Of a DNA stretch of 64,000 nucleotides, positions 29,675 through 39,102 are shown one piece after another. The notes beneath the pieces were generated by a model that searched no databases, was not told the DNA's origin, and saw only the letters and a list, made by a program, of their open reading frames with translations. Origin of the DNA: Actinomycetota bacterium (GTDB lineage: Bacteria > Actinomycetota > Actinomycetes > S36-B12 > UBA5976); assembly GCA_947452755.1 (NCBI GenBank), contig CANGDT010000001.1, positions 43,217-107,216 of the forward strand, in the 5' to 3' direction. The translations under genes were made by a program, and so were the position numbers. Position 1 is the first letter of the stretch, and each line of letters opens with the position of its first letter.

Positions 29675-30760
29675 GTGTCAGATTTCTCCTGGAAAGAAAT
29701 ACTCAAACTCGTTTCCAACGGTCAAGACCTCAACTCGCTCCAAGCACATTGGGCGATGTCCGAGATGATGTCGGGCACCGCCACTGATGCACAAATCGGC
29801 GGCCTTGCCATTGGCTTGCGGACAAAAGGCGAAACCGCCCCCGAAATTAGCGGCATGGTTTCAGCGATGCTAGAAAACGCAATCCTAGTAACACTCGATC
29901 GCGACGCCGTGGACGTAGTTGGTACAGGCGGCGACGGTGCACACACAGTCAACATTTCAACTATGGCTGCGCTGACGGTAGCCGGAGCAGGTATTCCAGT
30001 ACTCAAGCATGGCAACCGCGCGGTGTCATCAAAATGTGGAACCGCGGATGTTCTCGAAGCGTGCGGCGTAGCAATCGACATGCCACCAACACTGGTGTCA
30101 TCGTGCGTAGCTAGCGCAGGAATAGGTTTCTGCTTTGCACCAGCACATCACCCAGCAATGCGTTACGCAGGACCAGCGCGATCCCAACTCGGTGTGCCCA
30201 CGGTATTCAACGTCTTAGGCCCACTGGCAAACCCAGGACAACCACAAGCGGCATTACTTGGCTGCGCTGATGAACGACTAGCGCCCGTACTCGCACAAGT
30301 ACAACTAGAACGTGGCAAACAATCCATAATTGTGCGCAGCAACAGCGGCCTCGATGAACTATCAACAGACACAACATCACAAATATGGGACGTCACAAGC
30401 GGAGAACTACGACACGAAATTCTCGACCCGCGAGCATTACGACTCCGACCGTCATCCCTAGAAGATTTACGAGGCGGTGACGCGCAATACAACGCAAGCG
30501 TGCTCGTTGACATCATTCAAGGACGCAAAGACGGAAAATTTGAAGTCATCCGGGACGTCGTAGCACTCAACGCCGCCGCCACGATGGTCGCCTACGACGC
30601 ATCAACCGGAGACGAACGATTCGGACCCGTAACAGACAGCGCAACACTACGCATCGCCCGAGCGCTACCCGCCGCCTACCAATCACTCGACAGCGGATCG
30701 GCAGGAATGGTGCTCGAGCTTTGGGTACTAGTCAGCCAACGCTTCGCACTCGGCCAATAA
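29675..30760 (+). CDS. trpD: Anthranilate phosphoribosyltransferase
   Basis: VDVVGTGGDGAHTVNIST and KHGNRAVSSKCGTADVLEA motifs; 361 aa. Confidence 0.92.
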   Translation: MSDFSWKEILKLVSNGQDLNSLQAHWAMSEMMSGTATDAQIGGLAIGLRTKGETAPEISGMVSAMLENAILVTLDRDAVDVVGTGGDGAHTVNISTMAALTVAGAGIPVLKHGNRAVSSKCGTADVLEACGVAIDMPPTLVSSCVASAGIGFCFAPAHHPAMRYAGPARSQLGVPTVFNVLGPLANPGQPQAALLGCADERLAPVLAQVQLERGKQSIIVRSNSGLDELSTDTTSQIWDVTSGELRHEILDPRALRLRPSSLEDLRGGDAQYNASVLVDIIQGRKDGKFEVIRDVVALNAAATMVAYDASTGDERFGPVTDSATLRIARALPAAYQSLDSGSAGMVLELWVLVSQRFALGQ

Positions 30761-30764
30761 CACA

Positions 30765-30819
30765 CTCACAACAAGTGTTCGCGCCTGTACTTATGCAACG
30801 CTCACAACAAGTGTTCGCG
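30765..30819. repeat. Two perfect 19-bp direct repeats (ctcacaacaagtgttcgcg) with a 17-bp spacer
   Basis: Copies at 30765-30783 and 30801-30819. The second copy encodes the last five codons plus the stop (REHLL*) of the minus-strand exonuclease gene. Confidence 0.9.
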
Positions 30820-32475
30820 TTGGCCAATCACAGGCTGGGACCACGACATTCCTTCGCTGATGTAAACCATGCGCGTGATCCCATCAGAAAGCCAACGCAG
30901 AATCAGTTCAGTTTCATGAACCAAGGTATTACTCCCCATATGAGTAGCGCTCAATTCGCGGATTGATTGAGTGACTGCATGAGCATCGTCATCAGCGTTC
31001 ACAACGCCCGCCCCAGCCAACCACCCGTACTTGATGACATTGACATCCCAACCACCATCAAAGCGTGGGCTTGCTGCAACAAATTCCGGAATCTCACTGA
31101 GCTTACGAATTGCACTTGCGCGGTGCACGCCAGAGGAAAAAGCAAGTAATCGATCACGTACAACCGAAGCTTCTTCGTATCGTTGCTCACGGGCCAAACC
31201 CTCCATGTGTTCAGAGACTTTCGTTTGGATGGGCAAGCAATCCGAAGTGAGTAGCAATGACAAATGTGCCGACAAAGCCGAATACTCTTCGTCTTGTGCG
31301 CCATCAATACATGGTCCAATGCATCGTTTCATTTCAAAAAGTGCACAAGGAGCCATTGCTGTTGACCGTGAAATCTTTTCTTTGCATTGACGAATAGGGA
31401 CTGCCTCATAGATCGCAGCCATTGCACTCTCGGCTTGATCAACGCTTCGAAACGGACCGATTGCTGTGCGTGAGTCATGCGCTGGGTGCGCTTGGCGAAT
31501 AACCGACAACCGAGGAAAACGCTCTTCTGTCATTGCAACCCAGACTGTGCGTTCCGGATTTCGCGACCGATGGTTGTATCGCGGACGCAGTTCTTCGATT
31601 AATCGGAGTTCCCGAACATTTGCCTCGAGGGTTGTGCGGCACACTACTGTGCGGACATGCTCAGCCAGATCAATCATATGTGTCATTCGAGATCGCTTTT
31701 CGGCGGCAGTGAAGTAGCTCATGACACGTTTGCGCATGTTGCTCGACGTGCCAACGTAAAGCGGCCGGTGCGTCATGTCTTCGAAAATGTAGACCCCTGG
31801 AGATTCAGGTACATCGTCGGCGAGATGTCGCTTCCGGCGCCGCTTCTCTGTGGCCTTGCCATTGAAGTGGGCTAAACCTTCAAGGTCGTAGATACCTAGA
31901 TTTCCAACTCGTTCAATCAAGCCATGAAGCACGGTGACTGTGGCTTTCGCATCGTCCAACGCGCGGTGAGTCGGCGAAGTCTCGGCTCGAAAAAATTCAG
32001 CAAGTGTGCCCAGTTTGCAATTGCGCACCTCGTCTTTGCTGAGCACCCTACGGGCTAGTTGAACAGTGTCGAGTACTCGCGGTTTAGGCCACTCAAGATC
32101 AAATTTTGCGCATGCGCTCTTCAGGAAGCCCACATCAAAGGGTGCATTATGCGCAACGAGAACAGGCGAGTCGCCGTCATCAAAGCTGGCGAAGGCAAGG
32201 AACTGGGCAACTGCTGACTGGACGGAAGGCGCGTGTGCAACATGAAAGTCTGTGATTCCAGTCAACACTGAAATGAATGCTGGGATTGGAACGCCTGGGT
32301 TGCAAAAGGTTTGAAACTCACCAACAACTTCACCAGCCCGAACTTTCACTGCACCAATTTCAGTTATCTCAGCATCTTGGGGCTTACCGCCGGCAGTCTC
32401 TAAGTCAACGATGACAAACGTCGTATCACGAAGTGACGTAGGCACGTCATCAAAAGTCATCGCGATACTGGTCAT
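30802..32475 (-). CDS. DEDDh 3'-5' exonuclease domain fused to a GIY-YIG (UvrC-N-like) nuclease domain
   Basis: Exo motifs FVIVDLETAG, LVAHNAPFDVGFL and HRALDDA. These are followed by a GIY-YIG-like PGVYIFED...LYVGTSSNMRKRV. The architecture and position match the mycobacterial Rv2191 type. Confidence 0.8.
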   Translation of the reverse strand: MTSIAMTFDDVPTSLRDTTFVIVDLETAGGKPQDAEITEIGAVKVRAGEVVGEFQTFCNPGVPIPAFISVLTGITDFHVAHAPSVQSAVAQFLAFASFDDGDSPVLVAHNAPFDVGFLKSACAKFDLEWPKPRVLDTVQLARRVLSKDEVRNCKLGTLAEFFRAETSPTHRALDDAKATVTVLHGLIERVGNLGIYDLEGLAHFNGKATEKRRRKRHLADDVPESPGVYIFEDMTHRPLYVGTSSNMRKRVMSYFTAAEKRSRMTHMIDLAEHVRTVVCRTTLEANVRELRLIEELRPRYNHRSRNPERTVWVAMTEERFPRLSVIRQAHPAHDSRTAIGPFRSVDQAESAMAAIYEAVPIRQCKEKISRSTAMAPCALFEMKRCIGPCIDGAQDEEYSALSAHLSLLLTSDCLPIQTKVSEHMEGLAREQRYEEASVVRDRLLAFSSGVHRASAIRKLSEIPEFVAASPRFDGGWDVNVIKYGWLAGAGVVNADDDAHAVTQSIRELSATHMGSNTLVHETELILRWLSDGITRMVYISEGMSWSQPVIGQREHLL

Positions 32476-32629
32476 TGTTGGAATCTACTTGTGGGTTCAG
32501 ACACGCAACCAGTGCAGGGTCGTGGTTGTGATCCGCACGCTCGTTGCTGTGGATTGAGCGACAGTCGTGTCTGACCCCGGATATAGCGTGACATTTATCA
32601 ATTCGTTTCCCCAAGTGAAGAGGTTCGTT

Positions 32630-32839
32630 ATGTTGCTGGATTGCCAAAGCTGTGTCATGCGTGACAAGGCCTGTTCGGATTGTGTCGTCACGCTCTTGCT
32701 GGGGCCCATGCCTGCGCACCTTGATGAGCACCGTGAATCTCTTGATGTGTTGGCTAAGGCCGGCCTCGTTCCGCCACTTCGACTGATTCAAGGTTCAGGG
32801 CAATCTCACGAGCCCACTGAACGTGTGGTTGGCCAGTAG
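32630..32839 (+). CDS. Small hypothetical Cys4 protein (about 69 aa)
   Basis: MLLDCQSCVMRDKACSDCVV gives CxxC-x6-CxxC at the extreme N-terminus. It fills the gap before the GT4 gene. The start is uncertain (the track start at 32567 is also possible). Confidence 0.4.
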   Translation: MLLDCQSCVMRDKACSDCVVTLLLGPMPAHLDEHRESLDVLAKAGLVPPLRLIQGSGQSHEPTERVVGQ

Positions 32840-32866
32840 AAACCTGCCATAGGGCAAGATGGACGC

Positions 32867-34033
32867 ATGGATCAGGTGGGCACCCGTCAACACACATTGG
32901 TGATCACAAATGATTTTCCGCCGCGCCCTGGCGGTATTCAAACTTTCGTTTACGAATTAGTGCGTCGATTCGAACCTTCAACTGTCACTGTGTTGACCTC
33001 ATCGTGGGAAGGCGCAGCAGAGTTTGATGCCGAGCAACCATTCGAAGTAATTCGAATGAAAACCTCCGTGCTTCTTCCAACGCGTTCGCTGCGCAAACGC
33101 GCTAGGGAGATCGTCGTCAGTAAGAAAGTTGATTCTGTTGTTTATGGTGCAGCCGCACCGTTGGCATTGATGGCCAGCGAGATGCGCGCGTTAGGGGTTC
33201 AACATCAAGTTGGAATCACTCATGGTCACGAAGCAGGGTGGGCTATCACGCCAGTGACGCGGCAGTTGCTTGCGAAAATCGGTCGTAGTGTCGACACGTT
33301 GACGTACTTGGGAAGTTACACAAAAAACAAAATCGGGGCAGTACTAGATCTCTCGGCTGCGAAAGCTATGCGCCAACTCACCCCGGGTGTGGACTGCGCA
33401 CAATTTCACCCGAATAACCGAGTGCATGGTGATGTGCTGAGGGAATCGATTGGTTTTACTGGCCGACCGACCATTGTGTGCGTGTCGCGCTTGATGGAAC
33501 GAAAAGGTCAAGACACATTATTGAAGGCAATGCCGCGGGTACTTGATGCGTTACCGGACGCCGCGTTAATCATTGTGGGCAGCGGAGGCTTCGAGCCGTC
33601 ACTTCAAAAAATTGTTGCAGCACACGGCCTTGAATTGGCCGTGCACTTCACAGGCAAAGTTCCGTTTGCTGAATTGGCTCACTGGTATGCGGCTGGCGAT
33701 GTGTTCGCCATGCCATGTCGCACTCGCAACGGCGGGTGGGATGTTGAGGGACTTGGGATTGTGTTCCTTGAAGCCTCAGCAACAGGTCTTGCTGTTATCG
33801 CTGGAGATTCGGGTGGCGCACCTGATGCGGTTCTGGATGGGCAAACTGGTGTCGTTGTTGATGGCACTGACGTCAGTCTTGTCGCGAACGAGTTGGTGCG
33901 TCTGTTGAGCGATCGTGAACTTGCGCAACAGATGGGTGCGGCCGGACGCGCTTGGGTTGAAGATCGGTGGACCTGGGAACGCTCGTTTAAGCGACTGGAA
34001 CTTCTACTTGTTGGGTTAGACCCTGACGTTTAG
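32867..34033 (+). CDS. GT4 glycosyltransferase (PimB'-like phosphatidylinositol mannosyltransferase type)
   Basis: GT-B/GT4 C-terminal motif FLEASATGLAVIAGDSGGAPDAV. N-terminus VITNDFPPRPGGIQ. It occupies the Rv2188c-equivalent position. Confidence 0.75.
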   Translation: MDQVGTRQHTLVITNDFPPRPGGIQTFVYELVRRFEPSTVTVLTSSWEGAAEFDAEQPFEVIRMKTSVLLPTRSLRKRAREIVVSKKVDSVVYGAAAPLALMASEMRALGVQHQVGITHGHEAGWAITPVTRQLLAKIGRSVDTLTYLGSYTKNKIGAVLDLSAAKAMRQLTPGVDCAQFHPNNRVHGDVLRESIGFTGRPTIVCVSRLMERKGQDTLLKAMPRVLDALPDAALIIVGSGGFEPSLQKIVAAHGLELAVHFTGKVPFAELAHWYAAGDVFAMPCRTRNGGWDVEGLGIVFLEASATGLAVIAGDSGGAPDAVLDGQTGVVVDGTDVSLVANELVRLLSDRELAQQMGAAGRAWVEDRWTWERSFKRLELLLVGLDPDV

Positions 34034-35189
34034 GCTCCAAATTTTTGGAAACGTGTCGCCATGCCACAACAGTTGCTGCAAGTAAACAGCCAATGCGTAT
34101 GAGTTGTGCGGCAATGCCGATGAATGTCCCTGACATAAACGATTGATATTGCCACGGGTAAACAATTTGTGTGGCAAGTGAGCTGACGCACAACAAGAGT
34201 GCAATAGGTGTGGTGCTGCTATTTGGAGTAATCAAGCAGACGCACAGAATTCCAATCACCCACACCATGTATTGGGGGGACAGCACGCGGCTAGTAATCA
34301 TTGAGACGAGTACCGCGGTCAGTGTGATGTGTGCAGTTGAGATGCCGGCGAGACGACCTTTCATTCGCCAGATCACCAGAGTGCCAAGTAGTGCAATACC
34401 CGAAAGCGTGATTACAAGATTCATGAGCGATGTGTGTGCGGCAATGATTTCCATGGCTCCGTATTGCAGCTGCATGTTGACGTTATGAGTGCGTGCATTC
34501 AAAAGAATCCAAGGCAAGGCACCTACTGATTCAATTTGTAATCCGCGGGCCTTTTGGCCCGAAAGAAATGCGAAACTATCGGGCCACCACAAGCGCGAGA
34601 GGTAACTTCCTGAGATGAACATGATGGCGAATGCTGCCACTGTTCGACCACCTTGTTTTGCTGGGCTGCCGATGAGGGCTAATCCTGGCCACACTTTGAG
34701 CATTGTTCCAATCGCGGAATAAGCGCCAAATGCCAACGGCCCAGCGGCAAGCAGCGCAAGGACGGTGAGCAGTGTCGGAAACACATCAAATCGACCAAGC
34801 ATGATTGGTCCCATCAGGATGGGTGCAGCGGACCATAACAACACGCCTGCATCATTTGTTTTCGAACTTTTCAATTGTGCGCGCATGATGACAATCAGCA
34901 GTACAAAGTCAGCTAGTACGGCAAGGGCAACAAACCCGACCATGTTGCGTGCAATGGAATATCCCAAACCGAAAATGAATGCCGCGAATGGCGGGTACTG
35001 CCACATCGGATCATTAAGGGGGAAATGACCATGGATGAGATTTCCACCCCACCAGTCATAGAGCGACACATCACTGAACAGGAATTGTCCACTGGGATAT
35101 GTGATGTGTTGAAAGCCAGCAAGAATTGCCCAGGTTCGCGTCACAGCCCACGCAGTTGTGTACAGCGAAATTCGCGCGAACTTATGCAT
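33987..35189 (-). CDS. GT87/DUF2029-type polyprenol-phosphate-mannose-dependent mannosyltransferase
   Basis: Polytopic GT-C protein with SDVSLYDWWGG...WQYPPFAAFIF (the D-x-x-Y...YPP pattern of GT87). Its start lies 2 bp after the fadD stop. Confidence 0.7.
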   Translation of the reverse strand: MHKFARISLYTTAWAVTRTWAILAGFQHITYPSGQFLFSDVSLYDWWGGNLIHGHFPLNDPMWQYPPFAAFIFGLGYSIARNMVGFVALAVLADFVLLIVIMRAQLKSSKTNDAGVLLWSAAPILMGPIMLGRFDVFPTLLTVLALLAAGPLAFGAYSAIGTMLKVWPGLALIGSPAKQGGRTVAAFAIMFISGSYLSRLWWPDSFAFLSGQKARGLQIESVGALPWILLNARTHNVNMQLQYGAMEIIAAHTSLMNLVITLSGIALLGTLVIWRMKGRLAGISTAHITLTAVLVSMITSRVLSPQYMVWVIGILCVCLITPNSSTTPIALLLCVSSLATQIVYPWQYQSFMSGTFIGIAAQLIRIGCLLAATVVAWRHVSKNLEPKRQGLTQQVEVPVA

Positions 35190-35191
35190 GC

Positions 35192-37000
35192 TTATTTGTA
35201 CAGGCTGGCGATGATTTCTGCGAAATCCTCATTGATGACATGGCGCTTGATGCTGAGTTTGGGGGTCAGGTAACCGTTGTCAATCGTGAGATCAAGCGGA
35301 AGGATGACGAACTTCTTAATCGCTTCCGAGTTAGAAACGGCCTCGTTAGCAGTATTGACCGCTTCTTGAACGATGGCTCGCACCTCGGGATTATTAACGA
35401 GATCGGCAAGAGGCGCTGACTCGATACCGCGTGAAGCCAAAATTGTTGGAAGCACCTCTTCGTCGAGTGTGACGAGTGCGCCAACATATGGTTGGTTGTC
35501 ACCCACGGCAACACATTGACTGACAATGGGGTGGGCGCGAAGGCGATCTTCAAGCACATTCGGGGCGACGTTCTTTCCGCCCGCTGTGACAATAAGTTCC
35601 TTCTTACGTCCCGTAATGGTAAGGAACCCGGAATCGTCAAGAACACCAATGTCACCCGAATGGAACCATCCGTCAGGGGTTATTGCCTCAGCCGTTGCGG
35701 CGTCGTTGTTCCAGTAACCCTTGAAAATGTGCGGACCCTTGAGCAAAATTTCGCCATCTTCAGCAATACGAACCTGGGTACCAAACACGGGCTGACCAAC
35801 TGAACCAATGTGTAGGGCTTGAGGAATGTTCAAGGTGCTGCCGGCGGTGGTCTCAGTCAGACCGTAACCTTCCAACACCATGAGACCAAGTCCGCGATAG
35901 AAGTGCCCAAGTCGCGAACCTAGGCTCGCGCCACCGGAAATCGCATGGGTTACACGGCCACCCATTGCTGCCCGCAATTTGGAATACACAAGTTTGTCAA
36001 AGAGCCCATGTTTGAGTTCGAGCGCTTTGGAGACTTTGCCGGTTTGCAATGCTTCTGAGTATGCAATGGCTGTTGCTGTGGCCGCGTCAAAGATTTTCCC
36101 CTTGGCTCCGCCAGCTTCATGTGCCTTGGTGCGAGATCCGTTGTATACCTTCTCGAACACACGTGGGACTGCCAAAAGGAACGTGGGCTTAAACGAGGAC
36201 AAGTCTCGGAGCAAGAAAGCAGGATTTGCGCAGTGGCCTGTTGTTACGCCGGCGCGGAACATGGCAACTTGAATCAATCGACCAAACACGTGTGCAAGGG
36301 GGAGGAACAGCAGTGTTGATGCTTCTGGTGCCCCAAAAATTTCCGGAATCCCTTGAATGAGGTTATCGACCTCACTCATCATGTTGCTATGCGTCAACAT
36401 GCAACCTTTGGGACGTCCCGTGGTTCCCGATGTGTAAATAATTGTTGCAACATCGGCAGGCTGAGCAATCGATCGACGAGCATCGAGCTCATCGTCGCTT
36501 ATGGCTGAACCTCGTGCAGTGAGATCTTTGAAAACACCTTCGGTGAAAATGTACGAATGCGCCATGTGTGGCACAGACTCAGCAATCAAATCGTATGAAT
36601 GAGTTGTGCGAGGTGCCTCAAAGAAGGTTGCCACGCAATGTGCATCAGACAAGATCCACTGAACCTGTTCGGCAGAGGATGTTTCGTAGATTGGCACGGT
36701 AATGCCGCCTGCGTACCAAATTGCATAGTCAGCGACAGTCCATTCATAACGTGTGCGCGAGAAAATTGCTACGCGGTCGCCTGCCTTGATTCCATCGGCC
36801 ATAAGGCCTCTTGCCACACTGCGAACTTGCTCACGAAAATCTCGCGCAGAAATTGGGGACCAAGTCGCTTCGGACTGAACGGCGAATACAGTTCGGTCAG
36901 GCATTGTGGAGAAATTCAGTTCAACATGGTCAGTCAAATTGCCACTTGTCGGAGGGGACACCTTGGCTGGTGTACTTACTTCGCGCACGAGTTCCTCCAT
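35192..37000 (-). CDS. fadD: Long-chain fatty-acid--CoA ligase
   Basis: AMP-binding signature IIYTSGTTGRPKG, plus GYGLTET and the C-terminal GYLTPKLSIKR; 602 aa. Confidence 0.88.
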   Translation of the reverse strand: MEELVREVSTPAKVSPPTSGNLTDHVELNFSTMPDRTVFAVQSEATWSPISARDFREQVRSVARGLMADGIKAGDRVAIFSRTRYEWTVADYAIWYAGGITVPIYETSSAEQVQWILSDAHCVATFFEAPRTTHSYDLIAESVPHMAHSYIFTEGVFKDLTARGSAISDDELDARRSIAQPADVATIIYTSGTTGRPKGCMLTHSNMMSEVDNLIQGIPEIFGAPEASTLLFLPLAHVFGRLIQVAMFRAGVTTGHCANPAFLLRDLSSFKPTFLLAVPRVFEKVYNGSRTKAHEAGGAKGKIFDAATATAIAYSEALQTGKVSKALELKHGLFDKLVYSKLRAAMGGRVTHAISGGASLGSRLGHFYRGLGLMVLEGYGLTETTAGSTLNIPQALHIGSVGQPVFGTQVRIAEDGEILLKGPHIFKGYWNNDAATAEAITPDGWFHSGDIGVLDDSGFLTITGRKKELIVTAGGKNVAPNVLEDRLRAHPIVSQCVAVGDNQPYVGALVTLDEEVLPTILASRGIESAPLADLVNNPEVRAIVQEAVNTANEAVSNSEAIKKFVILPLDLTIDNGYLTPKLSIKRHVINEDFAEIIASLYK

Positions 37001-37117
37001 GATTCGCTTTTCCTATTGCGTGAGGTTAGCGCACAAGAGACCAATTTGTGCCGTGTTGTTGGGTTTTTTCATGGGCGGATGTACAAATACTGAGCGCGGG
37101 GCAGTACCGTTGTAGTC

Positions 37118-37813
37118 GTGTCAGACAGCGATACCTTTTATCGGTTCCTCAAAAATGTGGCCATCGGTCCAGCTATTGAGGTGTCCTTCCACCCGTGGAT
37201 TGAAGGTCTGGAAAATGTGCCGGCTGAAGGTGCAGCAATTTTGGCAAGTAACCATTTATCTTTTTCCGATTCCATCTTTTTGCCAGTAGCCGTCTCGCGG
37301 CCAATTACATTTCTTGCCAAGAGTGAATACTTCACAGGCACTTCACTTAAAGGTCGGGCGGTCTCTGCTTTTATGCGTGGTGCGGGTCAAGTTCCAGTTG
37401 ATCGCACGGGTGGCAACGCGAGTACCGCAGCCATCGCAACAGCGGTTCGAATTTTGAACGAAGGTGCGTTACTTGGCATCTACCCAGAAGGCACCCGATC
37501 ACCTGACGGCAGGCTTTACCGGGGCAAAACTGGTGTGGCACGAATGGCGCTCGAGGCGCGCGTTCCAGTTGTGCCTGTCGCCATGATTAACACCGACAAG
37601 GTTCAGCCAATTGGGCGTTCACGACCAAACTTTAATGTTGACGTCGGCATTCGAATTGGTAAGCCTTTGGATTTCTCGCGCTTCTTTGGAATGGAAGACG
37701 ATCGATTTGTCCTTCGTTCCATGACCGACGAAATCATGTACAAAATCATGGACCTGTCAGGGCAGGAATACGTCGACAAGTACGCGTCGCGTTCCAAAAC
37801 TCCAAAAAATTAG
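37118..37813 (+). CDS. plsC: 1-acyl-sn-glycerol-3-phosphate acyltransferase family protein
   Basis: Acyltransferase blocks NHLSFSDS (HX4D) and IYPEGTRS. Confidence 0.85.
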   Translation: MSDSDTFYRFLKNVAIGPAIEVSFHPWIEGLENVPAEGAAILASNHLSFSDSIFLPVAVSRPITFLAKSEYFTGTSLKGRAVSAFMRGAGQVPVDRTGGNASTAAIATAVRILNEGALLGIYPEGTRSPDGRLYRGKTGVARMALEARVPVVPVAMINTDKVQPIGRSRPNFNVDVGIRIGKPLDFSRFFGMEDDRFVLRSMTDEIMYKIMDLSGQEYVDKYASRSKTPKN

Positions 37814-39033
37814 TGCGCTGCCGCAGGTGAACCTTTGGGTTGTCCAATGCCAGCCAATAGTTCGTCGAACCAGACCTGGTTTGTATCGAATGGCTTAGCG
37901 CCCGCAACACGTTCAAACTCGCAAGCGCGAATGACGTTGCCTGCATTTTCATCCTGACCCACAAGACCACTGATGCCATTGAGTGCTGCATCTACAGCGA
38001 CATGTGCACATTCAGAAATCAGAGCGCGATCGCGCGCATTGGCCGGTGCCGAGCGAGCGTAGTACCCACTCTTTTGAACCAATACCTTTTCGGCACCAAT
38101 CATCGGTGCGAACTGATTGGCAAACCATGCACCCGGATTAATTTTGTCAATCTTGACGTGACCGAAGGCATCTCGAGGAACTTCTTCACCGCGTGAAATC
38201 AACTCTTCAACAATGCTGTCCACTCCGGCGCCTTCGGAAAGAAAAATGTTCACGTTACCATGTGTATCCATTACTGTGCTGAGTCGAGCAGCTTCGGCCT
38301 CAAGGTCAATCTGCAACTCAGGAACGTACACCGCATGAATCTCTCGACGTTCGCGTGCAACGCCGAGGCCTTCAAGCCAGCTGTGTGAATCCAAAAGTGA
38401 ACGGTAACTCTGGGCAGTTGCTGCGGTAAGCCATCCGCAATGACGACCCATAACTTCGTGAACAATCAGCATGCGTGGGTTTGATGTGTGCTCCGAAACA
38501 ACATTGCTGAAATAGTGCGCACCTTCGTCGGCGGCAGTCCAGGCGCCTAAGGATTGTGCGATGGGGTAGACGTCATTGTCGATCGTTTTCGGCAGGCCGA
38601 CGACACCAAGCCCATAGTCATTGTTGGCAAGGAATGCTGCCAAATCAGCGGCAGCAGTATTTGTATCGTCACCACCGATGGTGTGCAGAACATCAACGCC
38701 ATCTTTAATCAATTGGTCAGCGGCAACTTTTTGCGGATCCTGGCCCTCTTGCACCAAGCCGCGAGCAACGCAGTCAGCAATATTTGTGAGCTTGACTCGG
38801 CTATTGCCAATTGGGCTGCCACCGAAGTCCTGCAGTCGATGAGCATTCGCACGCACTTCTGGGGTCACCGTGATTGAATCACCAAGCAACAGTCCGTGAT
38901 AGCCACCGCGGTAAGCAATGATCTCAACATCAGGGGCAACTTCTGTGTAACGCTCAATGAGAGCACCCACGGCAGAAGAAAGGCACGGAGCCAGTCCGCC
39001 TGCGGTTAATAGGGCAACTTTGCGAATTGTCAT
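37810..39033 (-). CDS. pfp: Phosphofructokinase, PPi-dependent type (pyrophosphate--fructose-6-phosphate 1-phosphotransferase)
   Basis: PFK fold with GGDDT (Asp where ATP-PFKs have GGDG) and PKTIDND (Lys where ATP-PFKs have PGTIDND). These are the two residues reported to discriminate PPi from ATP use. Confidence 0.8.
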   Translation of the reverse strand: MTIRKVALLTAGGLAPCLSSAVGALIERYTEVAPDVEIIAYRGGYHGLLLGDSITVTPEVRANAHRLQDFGGSPIGNSRVKLTNIADCVARGLVQEGQDPQKVAADQLIKDGVDVLHTIGGDDTNTAAADLAAFLANNDYGLGVVGLPKTIDNDVYPIAQSLGAWTAADEGAHYFSNVVSEHTSNPRMLIVHEVMGRHCGWLTAATAQSYRSLLDSHSWLEGLGVARERREIHAVYVPELQIDLEAEAARLSTVMDTHGNVNIFLSEGAGVDSIVEELISRGEEVPRDAFGHVKIDKINPGAWFANQFAPMIGAEKVLVQKSGYYARSAPANARDRALISECAHVAVDAALNGISGLVGQDENAGNVIRACEFERVAGAKPFDTNQVWFDELLAGIGQPKGSPAAAH

Positions 39034-39102
39034 ACGCCAATTCTAGCGGTCGCCGATTTTCTCGGATTTAGCAATCTCTTAAGCACGCACTAAACTTGGC
39101 AC

